A DNA stretch of 64,000 nucleotides from an uncultured Caldilineales bacterium (GTDB lineage: Bacteria; Chloroflexota; Anaerolineae; JAAEKA01): the NCBI GenBank assembly GCA_937907455.1, contig CALESQ010000076.1, positions 68,793-132,792 of the forward strand. Reading direction: 5' to 3'. Below, in pieces: positions 17,724 through 27,414 of the stretch. The notes beneath the pieces are model-generated. The model was not told the DNA's origin and did not search any database. It worked only from the letters and a program-made list of their open reading frames with translations. How positions within the stretch are numbered: position 1 is the first letter of the stretch; each line of letters begins with the position of its first letter. The translations under genes and the position numbers were made by a program.

Positions 17724-17801
17724 TCGCTTTTCTACGGCTTTTATCTTCGCCATTTCAGCCCAGCGGCGCACTTTGCCCGCTGGGCTGTTTTTCCTGCCAC
17801 C

Positions 17802-20099
17802 ATGACCAACCAAGCTCCTCGGCAGCCCAGAAAGCAACCTACCGCTCCCGGCAAAGCGCGTTCTGCCGCGCCGCCGCGGCGCGCCTGGCAGCGCGGCCTG
17901 GAGGCGAATCTGGAAATCATAGCCCTTATCGGCTTGATCGCTTTTGGCTTGCTGTTGGCAGGACATCTGCGCGCTGCGCCTCCGCACCCCGGTGTGGTGG
18001 CCCAGGGTTTTGGTTGGGCGGCGTTGCCTATGCTGCTTCTGGGCCTGGTGCTCATGCTGGGCCTGCTGATGCGGCAGACCGTGCAGCGCTTGAACGTGGC
18101 TTGGCGCATTCCCTGGCAACCACTTGGTGAAGGGTTGTTTGGTGTAGTGCTGTTGCTGGCTGCCGCGCTGGGCCTGAGTGCAGTACGCAGCCAAGACAAT
18201 CCTTTGCAACGCGCCCTGGCTGGGCAAGATGGCGGGCTGACCGGTTGGCTGTTGGGCGCATTGCCCGCGCAGGTGCTGGGCGATTTGCCTGCGGCATTGC
18301 TGCTGCTGTTGCTGGGCGCGCTGGGCTTGTGGATCGTTGGCCGCTCTGCCCATTTCCCCGCCGTGGAATGGGGCGCACTGCCCGGCTTGTTGCGCCACTG
18401 GGCCGGCAAGCTGTTGCCCGCAGCCGACGATGAGCCGCAACCCTCTCCAGATCAGGCCCCGCCGCCCGCCGTGCAGCCGTCACGCGCCCGCCCGCGCCCC
18501 GCTGCCTTTGACCCCGACGACAGGCCCTCGATTGCTGGCAAGCCGCGTGAGACGAGCGTGCCCAAGCCGCGGCGTCCGGCAGCGCGGCCCAAGGCGCAGC
18601 CTTTGACTGCCCAGCCGCGGCCTGAATTTTTGCCGCCACTCAGTCTGCTCAACGAAGCTGCGGCCAAACCGGGGCAAGCTGCCGATCTGGCCTACAAGCA
18701 GCAGGTGATCGAGCAGACCCTCGCCAGCTTCAACGTGCCTGCCAAGGTGGTGGATATTCAGGTTGGCCCCACAGTGACACAATTCGGTGTGCAGCCCGGA
18801 ACGCTGGCGCGGCGCGATGCCGATGGCGACCTGGTGCAACGCCGCGTGCGCGTCAGCCGCATTCGCTCGCTGGCCAACGACCTGGCGTTGGCGCTGGAGG
18901 CCCCTTCGCTGCGCATCGAAGCGCCTGTGCCCGGCAAGAGCTATGTTGGCATCGAGGTTCCCAACAGCCGTTCTGACCTGGTGCCGTTGCGCGCGGTGCT
19001 GGAAGCGCCGGAGTTTGCCGCCGTCAAGTCGCCGCTGGCGGTGGCGCTGGGGCGCAACGTTGCCGGTCAGCCGGTAGCTGCCGATTTGGCGACCATGCCG
19101 CATCTGCTGATTGCTGGCGCCACTGGCTCCGGCAAGTCGGTGTGTATTCACAGCCTGATTTGCAGCCTGCTTTTCAGCAACGGGCCTGATCAACTGCGCT
19201 TGCTGCTGGTTGATCCCAAACGTGTGGAATTGCCGGTGTACAACGATGTAGCGCACTTGATTGCGCCGGTGGTCACCGACATAGACCAGGTGCTGGGCGC
19301 GCTTACCTGGCTGACCTTGCAAATGGATGAGCGCTACCGCGCCTTTTCGCAGGTGGGGGCGCGCAACCTCAAGGATTATAATCGCAAGGTGGCACGCAAA
19401 AACAAGCCTGCCGAGTGGCGTGAATTCGAGCCTTTCCCCGCCATTGTGCTGGTTGTAGATGAGCTGGCCGACTTGATGCTGGCCGCGCCCGACAAAGTGG
19501 AATATGCCATTACCCGCTTGGCGCAAATGGCGCGCGCCACAGGTATTCATCTGGTGTTAGCCACGCAGCGCCCCAGTGTCAACGTGGTCACCGGCCTGAT
19601 CAAGGCCAATTTTCCGGCCCGGCTGGCTTTCGCAGTCACCAGTCAGATGGATAGCCGCGTGGTGCTGGACACCCCAGGTGCAGAAAAGCTGCTGGGGCGC
19701 GGTGACATGCTGTTCATGCGCTCCGACAGCAGCAAGCTGGATCGTATTCAGGGCTGCTTTGTTACCGACAAGGAGATTGGCGCGCTGGTGAGCTTTTGGC
19801 GCAACACCATGCCGCGGCCGGATCTGCCCGCCAACCAACCACGCTTTCCTTGGACCGGGCTGATGGCGCAACTGGAAAACCAGGACGACCAGTACGAGCG
19901 CGCTTTGGATCTGGTGCAGGGCCAGCGGCGCGTTAGCACTTCGTGGTTGCAACGCCGCCTGCGCGTTAGCTTTCATCGCGCGGCCGAGCTGATGAGCCGT
20001 ATGGAAGAAGATGGCTATGTAAGCACCGATGAGGGGGGCGGCCGCGGGCGTGAGGTGTTGCTGGCGGGCAGTCGCGGCGATCAGGATGACTGGGGCTAA
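17802..20099 (+). CDS. ftsK: DNA translocase FtsK
   Basis: N-terminal TM segments, a Pro-rich linker, Walker A GATGSGKSV, LVVDELADLM, ATQRPSV, and a C-terminal gamma wHTH (VSTSWLQRRLRVSFHRAAELM). Confidence 0.9.
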   Translation: MTNQAPRQPRKQPTAPGKARSAAPPRRAWQRGLEANLEIIALIGLIAFGLLLAGHLRAAPPHPGVVAQGFGWAALPMLLLGLVLMLGLLMRQTVQRLNVAWRIPWQPLGEGLFGVVLLLAAALGLSAVRSQDNPLQRALAGQDGGLTGWLLGALPAQVLGDLPAALLLLLLGALGLWIVGRSAHFPAVEWGALPGLLRHWAGKLLPAADDEPQPSPDQAPPPAVQPSRARPRPAAFDPDDRPSIAGKPRETSVPKPRRPAARPKAQPLTAQPRPEFLPPLSLLNEAAAKPGQAADLAYKQQVIEQTLASFNVPAKVVDIQVGPTVTQFGVQPGTLARRDADGDLVQRRVRVSRIRSLANDLALALEAPSLRIEAPVPGKSYVGIEVPNSRSDLVPLRAVLEAPEFAAVKSPLAVALGRNVAGQPVAADLATMPHLLIAGATGSGKSVCIHSLICSLLFSNGPDQLRLLLVDPKRVELPVYNDVAHLIAPVVTDIDQVLGALTWLTLQMDERYRAFSQVGARNLKDYNRKVARKNKPAEWREFEPFPAIVLVVDELADLMLAAPDKVEYAITRLAQMARATGIHLVLATQRPSVNVVTGLIKANFPARLAFAVTSQMDSRVVLDTPGAEKLLGRGDMLFMRSDSSKLDRIQGCFVTDKEIGALVSFWRNTMPRPDLPANQPRFPWTGLMAQLENQDDQYERALDLVQGQRRVSTSWLQRRLRVSFHRAAELMSRMEEDGYVSTDEGGGRGREVLLAGSRGDQDDWG

Positions 20100-20114
20100 A
20101 ATTTCGTGCTTTAA

Positions 20115-20132
20115 CCTGACGTCAGGTATAAT
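20115..20132 (+). promoter_or_regulatory. TATAAT -10 box directly preceded by the 12-bp perfect palindrome CCTGACGTCAGG
   Basis: Palindrome at 20115..20126, TATAAT at 20127..20132, about 50 nt upstream of the ATG at 20181. The -35 is weak. Confidence 0.45.
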
Positions 20133-20180
20133 GACGTTCTATCAAGTTGTTTATCAATCAACGTACGAGGTTTCTTCTGC

Positions 20181-20732
20181 ATGGACATCGGTCAAATTTC
20201 CAACGCAATCGGCTCAGTGTTGCAGGTAGTAGTAGCCGTGTGCGGTGCTTTTGTGCTGGCCTTCTGGCTGGCGATCATTATCTGGACGTGGCGCGACGTG
20301 CGCGCCCGCTCGCGCGATATCTTCACGGCTGTTCTGGCGCTGGTGCTGGTAGCCATCTTCCCGATTGTGGGCCTGTTGCTGTACCTGTTGCTGCGCCCCA
20401 AAGAAACCCTGGCCGAGGCCTATGACCGGGCGTTGGAAGAAGAAGCCTTGCTGCGCGGCATCGAAGAGCAACTGGTGTGCCCCAACTGCAATCGTGTGGT
20501 GGAAAAGGATTGGCATTTCTGCGCCTACTGCTTCACCCAGGTGAAAAAGGATTGCCCCCGCTGTCACAAGCTGCTGGAACTGAGTTGGAGCATTTGCCCC
20601 TATTGCGGTAACTCGGCTAATGTACCCACGGTGCGCTCGTCTGGCGAGTTGCCTGCACCCGGCCCACTGAACGCAACGGTTCGCCCAGCCCGCGACTCGT
20701 TGGCAGTTACCGATTTGCCGATCGTTGAATAA
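20181..20732 (+). CDS. membrane protein with a PLD-N-like TM domain and a double zinc-ribbon
   Basis: Two TM segments with W.WRD..AR... resemble the cardiolipin synthase N-terminal domain. CPNC..CAYC and CPRC..CPYC zinc-ribbon pairs. Confidence 0.6.
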   Translation: MDIGQISNAIGSVLQVVVAVCGAFVLAFWLAIIIWTWRDVRARSRDIFTAVLALVLVAIFPIVGLLLYLLLRPKETLAEAYDRALEEEALLRGIEEQLVCPNCNRVVEKDWHFCAYCFTQVKKDCPRCHKLLELSWSICPYCGNSANVPTVRSSGELPAPGPLNATVRPARDSLAVTDLPIVE

Positions 20733-20755
20733 CCGCTGGCGCTTGCCCTTCCCTG

Positions 20756-20788
20756 AAACAGACCTCATGCAGGTCTGTTTTTTTGTTT
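20756..20788 (+). terminator. rho-independent terminator
   Basis: AAACAGACC-TCATGCA-GGTCTGTTT followed by a T7 run, about 25 nt after the stop codon. Confidence 0.85.
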
Positions 20789-20882
20789 CAGAACCGAGCC
20801 AGCGAAAGCCCCTGTTGCCTTTGCTGTGAAAAGGGAGAGCGCTTTGCTGCATGACCCGACTGAAGGCGTGTTTAGCGTTCGG

Positions 20883-22157
20883 TTAGTGTTTTTGGCGCGG
20901 TTTGCGTGCCTGCCAGGCTGAGCGTCCGGCATCAATGCTGGCACGCAGTCGCCCGCGCCGTGTGGGCGCTTCTGCAGGCCCCATCAATGCAGCATAAAGA
21001 CGCCGAGCGCCGCGTCGCCAGACCGAACGCGCCGAGGCTAGTTGGTAGCCTGCCTCGCGCTGGGCATCTCGCCACCAGGGGATGGCCGGGCGCTGCACCG
21101 GTGCTCCCCAGCGCAGCGCCGCAGCAGCCCAGGTGAGACCCGCACCGAAACCCGCCAACACCAGATTGTCGCCCGGTCGGATGCGTCCCGCAGCAAGGGC
21201 CTCGCACAGGGCAATGGGAATGGAGGCCGCCGAAGTGTTGCCGTAGTTCTGCAGGTTGATGAATACCTTGTCTTCGGCGATTTTAAGCTGTTTTATCACC
21301 GACGATTGGATGATGCGCGTGTTGGCCTGATGAGGAATCACCAGGTCTACCCCAGATAGCTCCCAGCCGGCGCGGGCCGCCGCCTGGCGCACGCCATCGG
21401 CCATGGCCTGCACGGCAAAGCGAAACACGGCCTGCCCATCCATGCGCACCGTGTGCATACGTTTGCTGACTGTTTCCAGGCTGGGTGGGTGAGCACTGCC
21501 GCCCGCAGGCACAATCAGCGCCTCGCCGCCAGAGCCATCGGAACCGAGCACACAGCTTAGAATACCGCCCGGCTCATCGCTGGCTGCTACCAGCACCGCA
21601 CCGGCGCCATCACCAAACAGAATGCAGGTGCTGCGGTCGCTCCAATCCACGAAGCGCGTGAGCGTTTCGGCTCCTATCACCAGCACATAGTCGGCATCAC
21701 CGGCCAAAATCAGCGCGCGGGCCATCGAAAGGCCGTAGACAAAGCCAGAACAGGCCGCACTCAGATCGTATGCCCCGGCCTTGCTTGCACCCAGCGCATC
21801 TTGCAACAGGCAGGCGGTGGCAGGGATCACATATTCCGGCGTGGATGTGGCGCAGATCACCACATCCAGCAGGCTGGGTGCAACATCGGCCACGCGCATT
21901 GCCTCGCGCGCGGCCTGCAACGCCAGGGTAAAAGTGGTTTCACGCGGAGCTGTGGCTACGCGGCGTTGACAAATGCCTGTGCGCGAGCGAATCCACTCGT
22001 CAGAGGTATCTACCAGGCGCGCCAATTCCTCGTTGGTGAGGATGCGTTCCGGCAGCGCCATGCCCCAGCCGACAATCTGCGCGCTGCGTGCCTGCCGTGC
22101 CGGTGCAGGGACGAGCGGTAGCGGCGCGGGCAAGGAGGAGGTGGCAAACCGCTTCAT
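20883..22157 (-). CDS. fabH: 3-oxoacyl-ACP synthase III with a basic C-terminal extension of about 75 aa
   Basis: GWGMALPERILTNEEL, SAACSGFVYGL (active-site Cys), HQANTRI and GNTSAASIP motifs. Its ATG overlaps the fabF stop (ATGA at 22154..22157). Confidence 0.85.
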   Translation of the reverse strand: MKRFATSSLPAPLPLVPAPARQARSAQIVGWGMALPERILTNEELARLVDTSDEWIRSRTGICQRRVATAPRETTFTLALQAAREAMRVADVAPSLLDVVICATSTPEYVIPATACLLQDALGASKAGAYDLSAACSGFVYGLSMARALILAGDADYVLVIGAETLTRFVDWSDRSTCILFGDGAGAVLVAASDEPGGILSCVLGSDGSGGEALIVPAGGSAHPPSLETVSKRMHTVRMDGQAVFRFAVQAMADGVRQAAARAGWELSGVDLVIPHQANTRIIQSSVIKQLKIAEDKVFINLQNYGNTSAASIPIALCEALAAGRIRPGDNLVLAGFGAGLTWAAAALRWGAPVQRPAIPWWRDAQREAGYQLASARSVWRRGARRLYAALMGPAEAPTRRGRLRASIDAGRSAWQARKPRQKH

Positions 22158-23425
22158 GCTCCGCCTCCTGTCCCGTCGCGATCCAACCGGCCAAAGGCCA
22201 ACGTGGCGTTGTGGCCGCCGAAGCCGAATGAATTTGAGATCGCCACCTGCACTGCGGCACGACGGGCCTGGTTGGGCACATAGTCCAAATCGCATTCAGG
22301 GTCGGGGTTTTCGAGGTTGATGGTAGGTGGAATAACACCTTCGGTCAGCACTTTGCAGCAAAGAATGGCTTCAATGGCACCGGCTGCACCCAGCAGGTGA
22401 CCGGTCATGGATTTGGTGGCGCTGATCGCCAGCCGATAGGCGTGGGGGCCAAACACGCGCTTGATGGCGCGCGTTTCGGCAATGTCGCCCAGCACGGTGC
22501 TGGTGGCGTGTGCATTGATGTAGTCTATGTTCTCGGCAGCCAGCCCGGCATCGTTTAGCGCCTCTTCCATCGCTTCTGCGGCTCCCAGCCCTTCCGCGTG
22601 GGGCGCGGTGGCATGATAAGCATCGGCAGTGAGGCCATAGCCCAGCACCTCGCAGTAGATGGTGGCTCCGCGCGCCTGCGCGTGGTGCAGGCTTTCCAGC
22701 ACCACCATGCCTGCGCCTTCGCCCATGACAAAGCCATCGCGCCCGGCATCAAAGGGACGGCAGGCGGCTGCGGGGTTATCGTTGCGCGTGGACAGTGCGC
22801 TCATCACGTCGAACCCGGCAAAGGCCAGGCGGCAGAAAGCTGCTTCCGAGCCACCGGCCAGCATCACATCGGCCCGCCCGCGGCGGATTTGCTCGAAGGC
22901 TTCGCCGATAGCGGCGTTACCGGTGGCGCAGGCCAGCACCGGGGCCAGATTTGGCCCGCGCGCACCCAGTTGCAGCGCTACCTGTGCCGAGGCCGAATTA
23001 GCTAACATGCTGGGCACGGTGAACGCGCTCACTCGTCGCGGCCCGCGCGCCAGCAGCGCATCATATTGTTCAAACATGGTAAGAATGCCGCCAATGCCAG
23101 AGCCAACCATCACCCCCACACGTCGCGGTGACTCGGCTGCCATGTCCAGCCGCGCATCGGCCACGGCCTGCTGGGTCGCGGCTAACGCAAATTGGGTGTA
23201 GCGATCCAAACGACGTGCTTCCTTACGCTCTATCACTGTGGATGGGTCGAATTCTTTGACTTCGGCTCCAATGGTTGTTTTTAACTGGCTGGTATCCAGC
23301 GAGGTCAATTGACCCACGCCGCTGCGTCCGGCAAGAACTGCCGCCCATAGGGCAGACACATCATTGCCAAGCGGAGAAATGCTACCGAGTCCTGTAATCA
23401 CTACACGCGTTGGATATAACGCCAT
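22154..23425 (-). CDS. fabF: 3-oxoacyl-ACP synthase II
   Basis: RVVITGLGSISPLGN, ACATGN (active-site Cys), NAHATST and SFGFGGHNA motifs. ATG at 23425 with GGAGGT upstream. Confidence 0.9.
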   Translation of the reverse strand: MALYPTRVVITGLGSISPLGNDVSALWAAVLAGRSGVGQLTSLDTSQLKTTIGAEVKEFDPSTVIERKEARRLDRYTQFALAATQQAVADARLDMAAESPRRVGVMVGSGIGGILTMFEQYDALLARGPRRVSAFTVPSMLANSASAQVALQLGARGPNLAPVLACATGNAAIGEAFEQIRRGRADVMLAGGSEAAFCRLAFAGFDVMSALSTRNDNPAAACRPFDAGRDGFVMGEGAGMVVLESLHHAQARGATIYCEVLGYGLTADAYHATAPHAEGLGAAEAMEEALNDAGLAAENIDYINAHATSTVLGDIAETRAIKRVFGPHAYRLAISATKSMTGHLLGAAGAIEAILCCKVLTEGVIPPTINLENPDPECDLDYVPNQARRAAVQVAISNSFGFGGHNATLAFGRLDRDGTGGGA

Positions 23426-23659
23426 AGATAACCTCCGAAAAAAAAGATGCGCCGGCTGGCTGGATCGCCCACGCTGGCGCAGTAACTCTATAGTCCATAA
23501 CACAAATAAGGTACAAAAGGTGCGCAGGAACCGGAAATCGGCAGAAAAGTCCTTTTGTGCGGGATGTTCACATCGGTTACAATAGACACTGCTTGTAATC
23601 AGCAAGCGGTTGGTATGTCACAACCGCAGCATTCGGCGCTGCGGCAGAAGGATCTATCC

Positions 23660-24634
23660 ATGAGAGCTATTCAAATCAATCAGTTTGGCGGCCCAGATGT
23701 ATTGGTCGTCCGTGATATTCCTTTGCCTGAGCCGGGGCCGGGCCAGGTGCGGATCAAGGTAGCTGTAGCCGGTTTGAACTATATTGATACCTATCAGCGC
23801 AGTGGTGTATATGCTGTGCCGCTGCCGTTTATTCCCGGCATGGAGGCGGCAGGTGTGGTGGAAGCCCTGGGTCAGCAGGTGGCTGGCTTGAAGGTGGGCG
23901 ACCGTGTGGCTTGGTGCATGGTTCCGGGCACGTATGCCGAATACGCGTTGGCTCCTGCCGACAAAGTGGTGCCCCTGCCTGATGGCATCAGCCTGGATCT
24001 GGCTGCGGCTGTGCTGTTGCAGGGGATGACTGCCCACTATCTGGCGATCAGTACCTATCCTTTGCGGCCCGGTGACGTGGCTTTGGTACATGCCGCGGCC
24101 GGTGCTACCGGCTCGCTGTTGGTGCAGCTTGCCAAACGGGCCGGCGCGCAGGTGATTGCCACTGTGGGCAGCGCGGCCAAGGCTGAACTGGCGCGCGGCG
24201 ACGGAGCTGACGCGGTGATCAACTACCGCGAGCAGGACTTTGAGGCTGAGGTGAAACGCTTGACCGATAATCGCGGGGTAGATGTGGTGTACGACTCGGT
24301 GGGGCAGGCCACCTTCAACAAGAGCCTGAATAGCCTGCGCCCGCGCGGGCTGCTGGCCTTGTTTGGTCAGGCCAGCGGGGCGGTGCCCCCCTTCGAGCTG
24401 CAAACGCTCAACCAGCGTGGTTCGCTGTTCATCACACGGCCCAGCCTTGGACACTATATTGCCACGCGTTCCGAGTTGTTTAGCCGCGCCGGTGACCTGT
24501 TCCTGTGGCTGGCTGATGGCTCGCTGCGCGTGCGTATTGATCGCACTCTGCCGCTGGCCGAGGCTGCCGAAGCCCATCGCTTGCTGGAAAGTCGCCAAAC
24601 CGCGGGCAAGGTGTTGCTGGAGGTGGGGAGGTAG
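23660..24634 (+). CDS. qor: NADPH:quinone oxidoreductase (zeta-crystallin family MDR)
   Basis: [27 protein letters not shown] and [15 protein letters not shown] motifs. Confidence 0.85.
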   Translation: MRAIQINQFGGPDVLVVRDIPLPEPGPGQVRIKVAVAGLNYIDTYQRSGVYAVPLPFIPGMEAAGVVEALGQQVAGLKVGDRVAWCMVPGTYAEYALAPADKVVPLPDGISLDLAAAVLLQGMTAHYLAISTYPLRPGDVALVHAAAGATGSLLVQLAKRAGAQVIATVGSAAKAELARGDGADAVINYREQDFEAEVKRLTDNRGVDVVYDSVGQATFNKSLNSLRPRGLLALFGQASGAVPPFELQTLNQRGSLFITRPSLGHYIATRSELFSRAGDLFLWLADGSLRVRIDRTLPLAEAAEAHRLLESRQTAGKVLLEVGR

Positions 24635-24752
24635 ACAGGTAAGGAAGTAGACAAGTAGACAAATACGCCGAAGGCGGGTAGACAAGTACGCCGAAGGCGG
24701 GTAGGCAAGTAGACAGGTAAATAAGCAGACAAGTTGATAAGGAAGCAAGGAA
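24631..24752 (+). repeat. 8-bp-period short tandem repeat (GTAGACAR)n with two CGCC-GAA-GGCG hairpin inserts
   Basis: Reads GTAGACAG GTAAGGAA GTAGACAA GTAGACAA ATACGCCGAAGGCGG GTAGACAA GTACGCCGAAGGCGG GTAGGCAA GTAGACAG GTAAATAA GCAGACAA... The first unit contains the qor TAG stop. Confidence 0.85.
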
Positions 24753-24910
24753 ACGAGGGCGTTGTCGGCGCTAGAGTGATGTGTCAAGATCAGGTAGATG
24801 GGTAGATTGCAAGAGAGCCTGGTTAATCAGTTTGCTGGCTTGGCAAGCTGATGACAGGCAGGCACTTACTGCTACCGTTCGCCGTTCACTGTTCGCCGTC
24901 CACCGAAATC

Positions 24911-27223
24911 ATGGATATTTTAGCTGGTCTTAATGCTCAACAAATCGCCGCGGTGACTGCACCTGATGGCCCGGTGCTGGTGCTGGCCGGCCCCGGCTCC
25001 GGCAAAACGCGCGTGCTCACCCAACGCATTGCTTACCTGGTGCAGCAGCGCGGCGTGCCGCCGTACCGGCTGATGGCGGTTACTTTTACCAATAAGGCGG
25101 CGCGCGAGATGCGCACGCGCACCGAACGCATCCTCGGCCTGGAGCCGGAGACAATGGGCGGCTCTGCAAGTCGTACCGGTTTGCGCGGGCTTACCATCGG
25201 CACTTTTCATTCGATCTGTGCGTTGCTGTTACGTCGTGAACATCAGGCAACCGCGTTTGGTGGCAATTTTGTCATCTACGACAGCGATGATCAGCAGCGT
25301 GTGGTCAAGGCGGTGATCAAGCAACTCGATCTCAACGACAAGCTGTATCGCCCGCCCGCTTTGCATGCCTATATCAGCCGCTGCAAAAATGAGCTGGTGA
25401 CGCCTGACAGGATTGAAACTAAAACCTATTGGGAAGAAGTCGCCGGTCGCGTGTACGCCGGGTATCAGGCATTGCTGCGGCAAAACAATGCCTTGGATTT
25501 TGACGATTTGCTGATGGAAACGGCGCTGTTGCTGCGCGACAATGCCGAAGTACGCACGCGCTATCAGGAACGCTATCAACACCTGCTGGTAGATGAGTTC
25601 CAGGATACCAATGTGGCGCAGTACGAGCTGATCAAGCTGCTGGTTGGCTCGCTTCGTAATCTTTTCTGCGTGGCCGACGAGGACCAATCTATCTACGCCT
25701 GGCGCGGGGCTGATCCGCGCAATATCAAACGCCTGCGCGACGATTTTACCGACATCACTCAGGTGCTGTTGGAGCGCAACTATCGTTCCACTCAGGTGAT
25801 TCTCGACGCGGCCAACGAAGTGATCAAGCATAACTGGGCGCGCACTCCCAAAAAGCTCTTCACCGAACGCAGCGGCGGCGCGCTGGTGACGGTGTATCAG
25901 GCTTATGACGAGATCGAGGAAGCCAGCTTTGTGGTGGAAGAGATTGCGCGGCTCACGACAGGCAAAGGCGTGGAGCCGGGCGATTGCGCCATTTTGTACC
26001 GCACCAATGCCCAGTCGCGCGCGCTGGAAGATGCTTTTGTGCGCCGTAGCTTGCCCTATCGCCTGATAGGCGCCACTCGCTTCTACGAACGCAAGGAGAT
26101 CCGCGACGCCATTGCCTACCTGCGGTTGGTGCATAACCCCGATGACAGCATCAGCCTGGGGCGCATTATCAACGAGCCGCCGCGGCGTATCGGCAAAACG
26201 AGCGAAGCGGCATTAGCGCAGTGGGCCTATCAGCTTGGCTTGTCATCCACCGAGGCACTGCGCGTCCTGAATGGCGAACGCGGCGAGCTGGCGCGCAAGA
26301 CTATCGCGCCTCAGGCTCTGGATGAGGCTCCCTTCAGCAGTACAGCCAAAACTGCCTTGCTGGCTTTCTGGCGATTGCTGGCCGGCTGGGTGGCGGCAAA
26401 AGCCGCTTTGACAGTAGGCCAGTTGCTGGATCGAATTTTGGAAGAATCGGGCTATGCCGTGTCGCTGCGTGACGGCACGGAAGAAGGCGAAGGCCGCTGG
26501 GAAAACTTGCAGGAGTTGCGCACTGTCACCGCGGGCTACGCCGAGCTGCCGCCGGGTGAGGGTCTCCCTGCGTTTTTGGAAGAAGTGGCGCTGGTGAGCG
26601 ATAGCGACGAGCTGCCAGAAAACCAATCGGTGCCCACACTGATGACGCTGCATACGGCCAAGGGGCTGGAATTTCCGGTGGTGTTCATGGTGGGCCTGGA
26701 GCAGGGAATTTTTCCGCACAGCCGCAGCAAGGACGATCCCGACCAGATGCAGGAGGAGCGCCGCCTGGCCTATGTGGGTATCACCCGGGCTAAACAGCGG
26801 CTTTACCTGGTGCACGCTTTCCGGCGCACTTTGTACGGCTCTGCCGAAATGTATCCGCCCAGCGAGTTTTTGCAGGATATCCCCTCTCACCTGGTGAGTA
26901 GCCAGGGTATGCGGGCGCGACGTGAGCCGTCTCGCAGTGGCAGTCGTGGCGAGGCAGATGCCCGCGCCACGGTGTGGAGTCCTCCTACAGGGCGCGACCG
27001 GCTGGGGACGGCCAATGCCGGGCCGCTGAAATCGGCGCCTTCGCCCGCGCCGCAGCAGGGCCAATTCAAACCGGGGCAGCGCGTTAGCCACGGTTTGTTC
27101 GGTGAAGGAGTCGTGATTAAAAGCGAGCTGGCTGATGACGATGAGTATGTCAGCGTGGCCTTCCCTGGCAAGGGCATCAAAAAGCTGATGGCTAGCATGG
27201 CGAAGCTGAAAACGGTGGGGTGA
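24911..27223 (+). CDS. pcrA: ATP-dependent DNA helicase PcrA/UvrD
   Basis: LNAQQIAAV, AGPGSGKT, VDEFQDTN, LERNYRST, TLHTAKGLEFPVVF and YVGITRAK superfamily 1 helicase motifs. Confidence 0.9.
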   Translation: MDILAGLNAQQIAAVTAPDGPVLVLAGPGSGKTRVLTQRIAYLVQQRGVPPYRLMAVTFTNKAAREMRTRTERILGLEPETMGGSASRTGLRGLTIGTFHSICALLLRREHQATAFGGNFVIYDSDDQQRVVKAVIKQLDLNDKLYRPPALHAYISRCKNELVTPDRIETKTYWEEVAGRVYAGYQALLRQNNALDFDDLLMETALLLRDNAEVRTRYQERYQHLLVDEFQDTNVAQYELIKLLVGSLRNLFCVADEDQSIYAWRGADPRNIKRLRDDFTDITQVLLERNYRSTQVILDAANEVIKHNWARTPKKLFTERSGGALVTVYQAYDEIEEASFVVEEIARLTTGKGVEPGDCAILYRTNAQSRALEDAFVRRSLPYRLIGATRFYERKEIRDAIAYLRLVHNPDDSISLGRIINEPPRRIGKTSEAALAQWAYQLGLSSTEALRVLNGERGELARKTIAPQALDEAPFSSTAKTALLAFWRLLAGWVAAKAALTVGQLLDRILEESGYAVSLRDGTEEGEGRWENLQELRTVTAGYAELPPGEGLPAFLEEVALVSDSDELPENQSVPTLMTLHTAKGLEFPVVFMVGLEQGIFPHSRSKDDPDQMQEERRLAYVGITRAKQRLYLVHAFRRTLYGSAEMYPPSEFLQDIPSHLVSSQGMRARREPSRSGSRGEADARATVWSPPTGRDRLGTANAGPLKSAPSPAPQQGQFKPGQRVSHGLFGEGVVIKSELADDDEYVSVAFPGKGIKKLMASMAKLKTVG

Positions 27224-27337
27224 GCGATGGCGTATTGTTCAGCGTGCGCCTGCGGTTAAAACCGCACCCTCTTACAGTTAAACCGGTTTCAGCCAGTTCA
27301 CACACATAGATAAACCTCCCTCTCCCTCTCCTGCTCC

Positions 27338-27377
27338 CTGTCTACCTGTGTACCTGTGTACCTGTGTACTTGTCTCC
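27338..27377 (-). repeat. 8-bp-period short tandem repeat, reverse orientation, variant unit
   Basis: CTGTCTAC CTGTGTAC CTGTGTAC CTGTGTAC TTGTCTCC, the reverse complement of GTAGACAG/GTACACAG units. Confidence 0.75.
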
Positions 27378-27414
27378 CTCTCTTCTTACCTCCCTCTCAA
27401 AGGACGCATATTGT

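Noticed and set aside
23577-23599. Inverted repeat TTACAAT-N9-TTGTAAT overlapping a TACAAT -10 box in the fabF/qor divergent region; similar to ATTACAAT-N22-ATTGTAAT at 60093..60130. Possible shared operator.
   Set aside because: The half-sites are short and AT-rich, the spacing differs (9 versus 22), and chance occurrence cannot be excluded without a genome-wide count.
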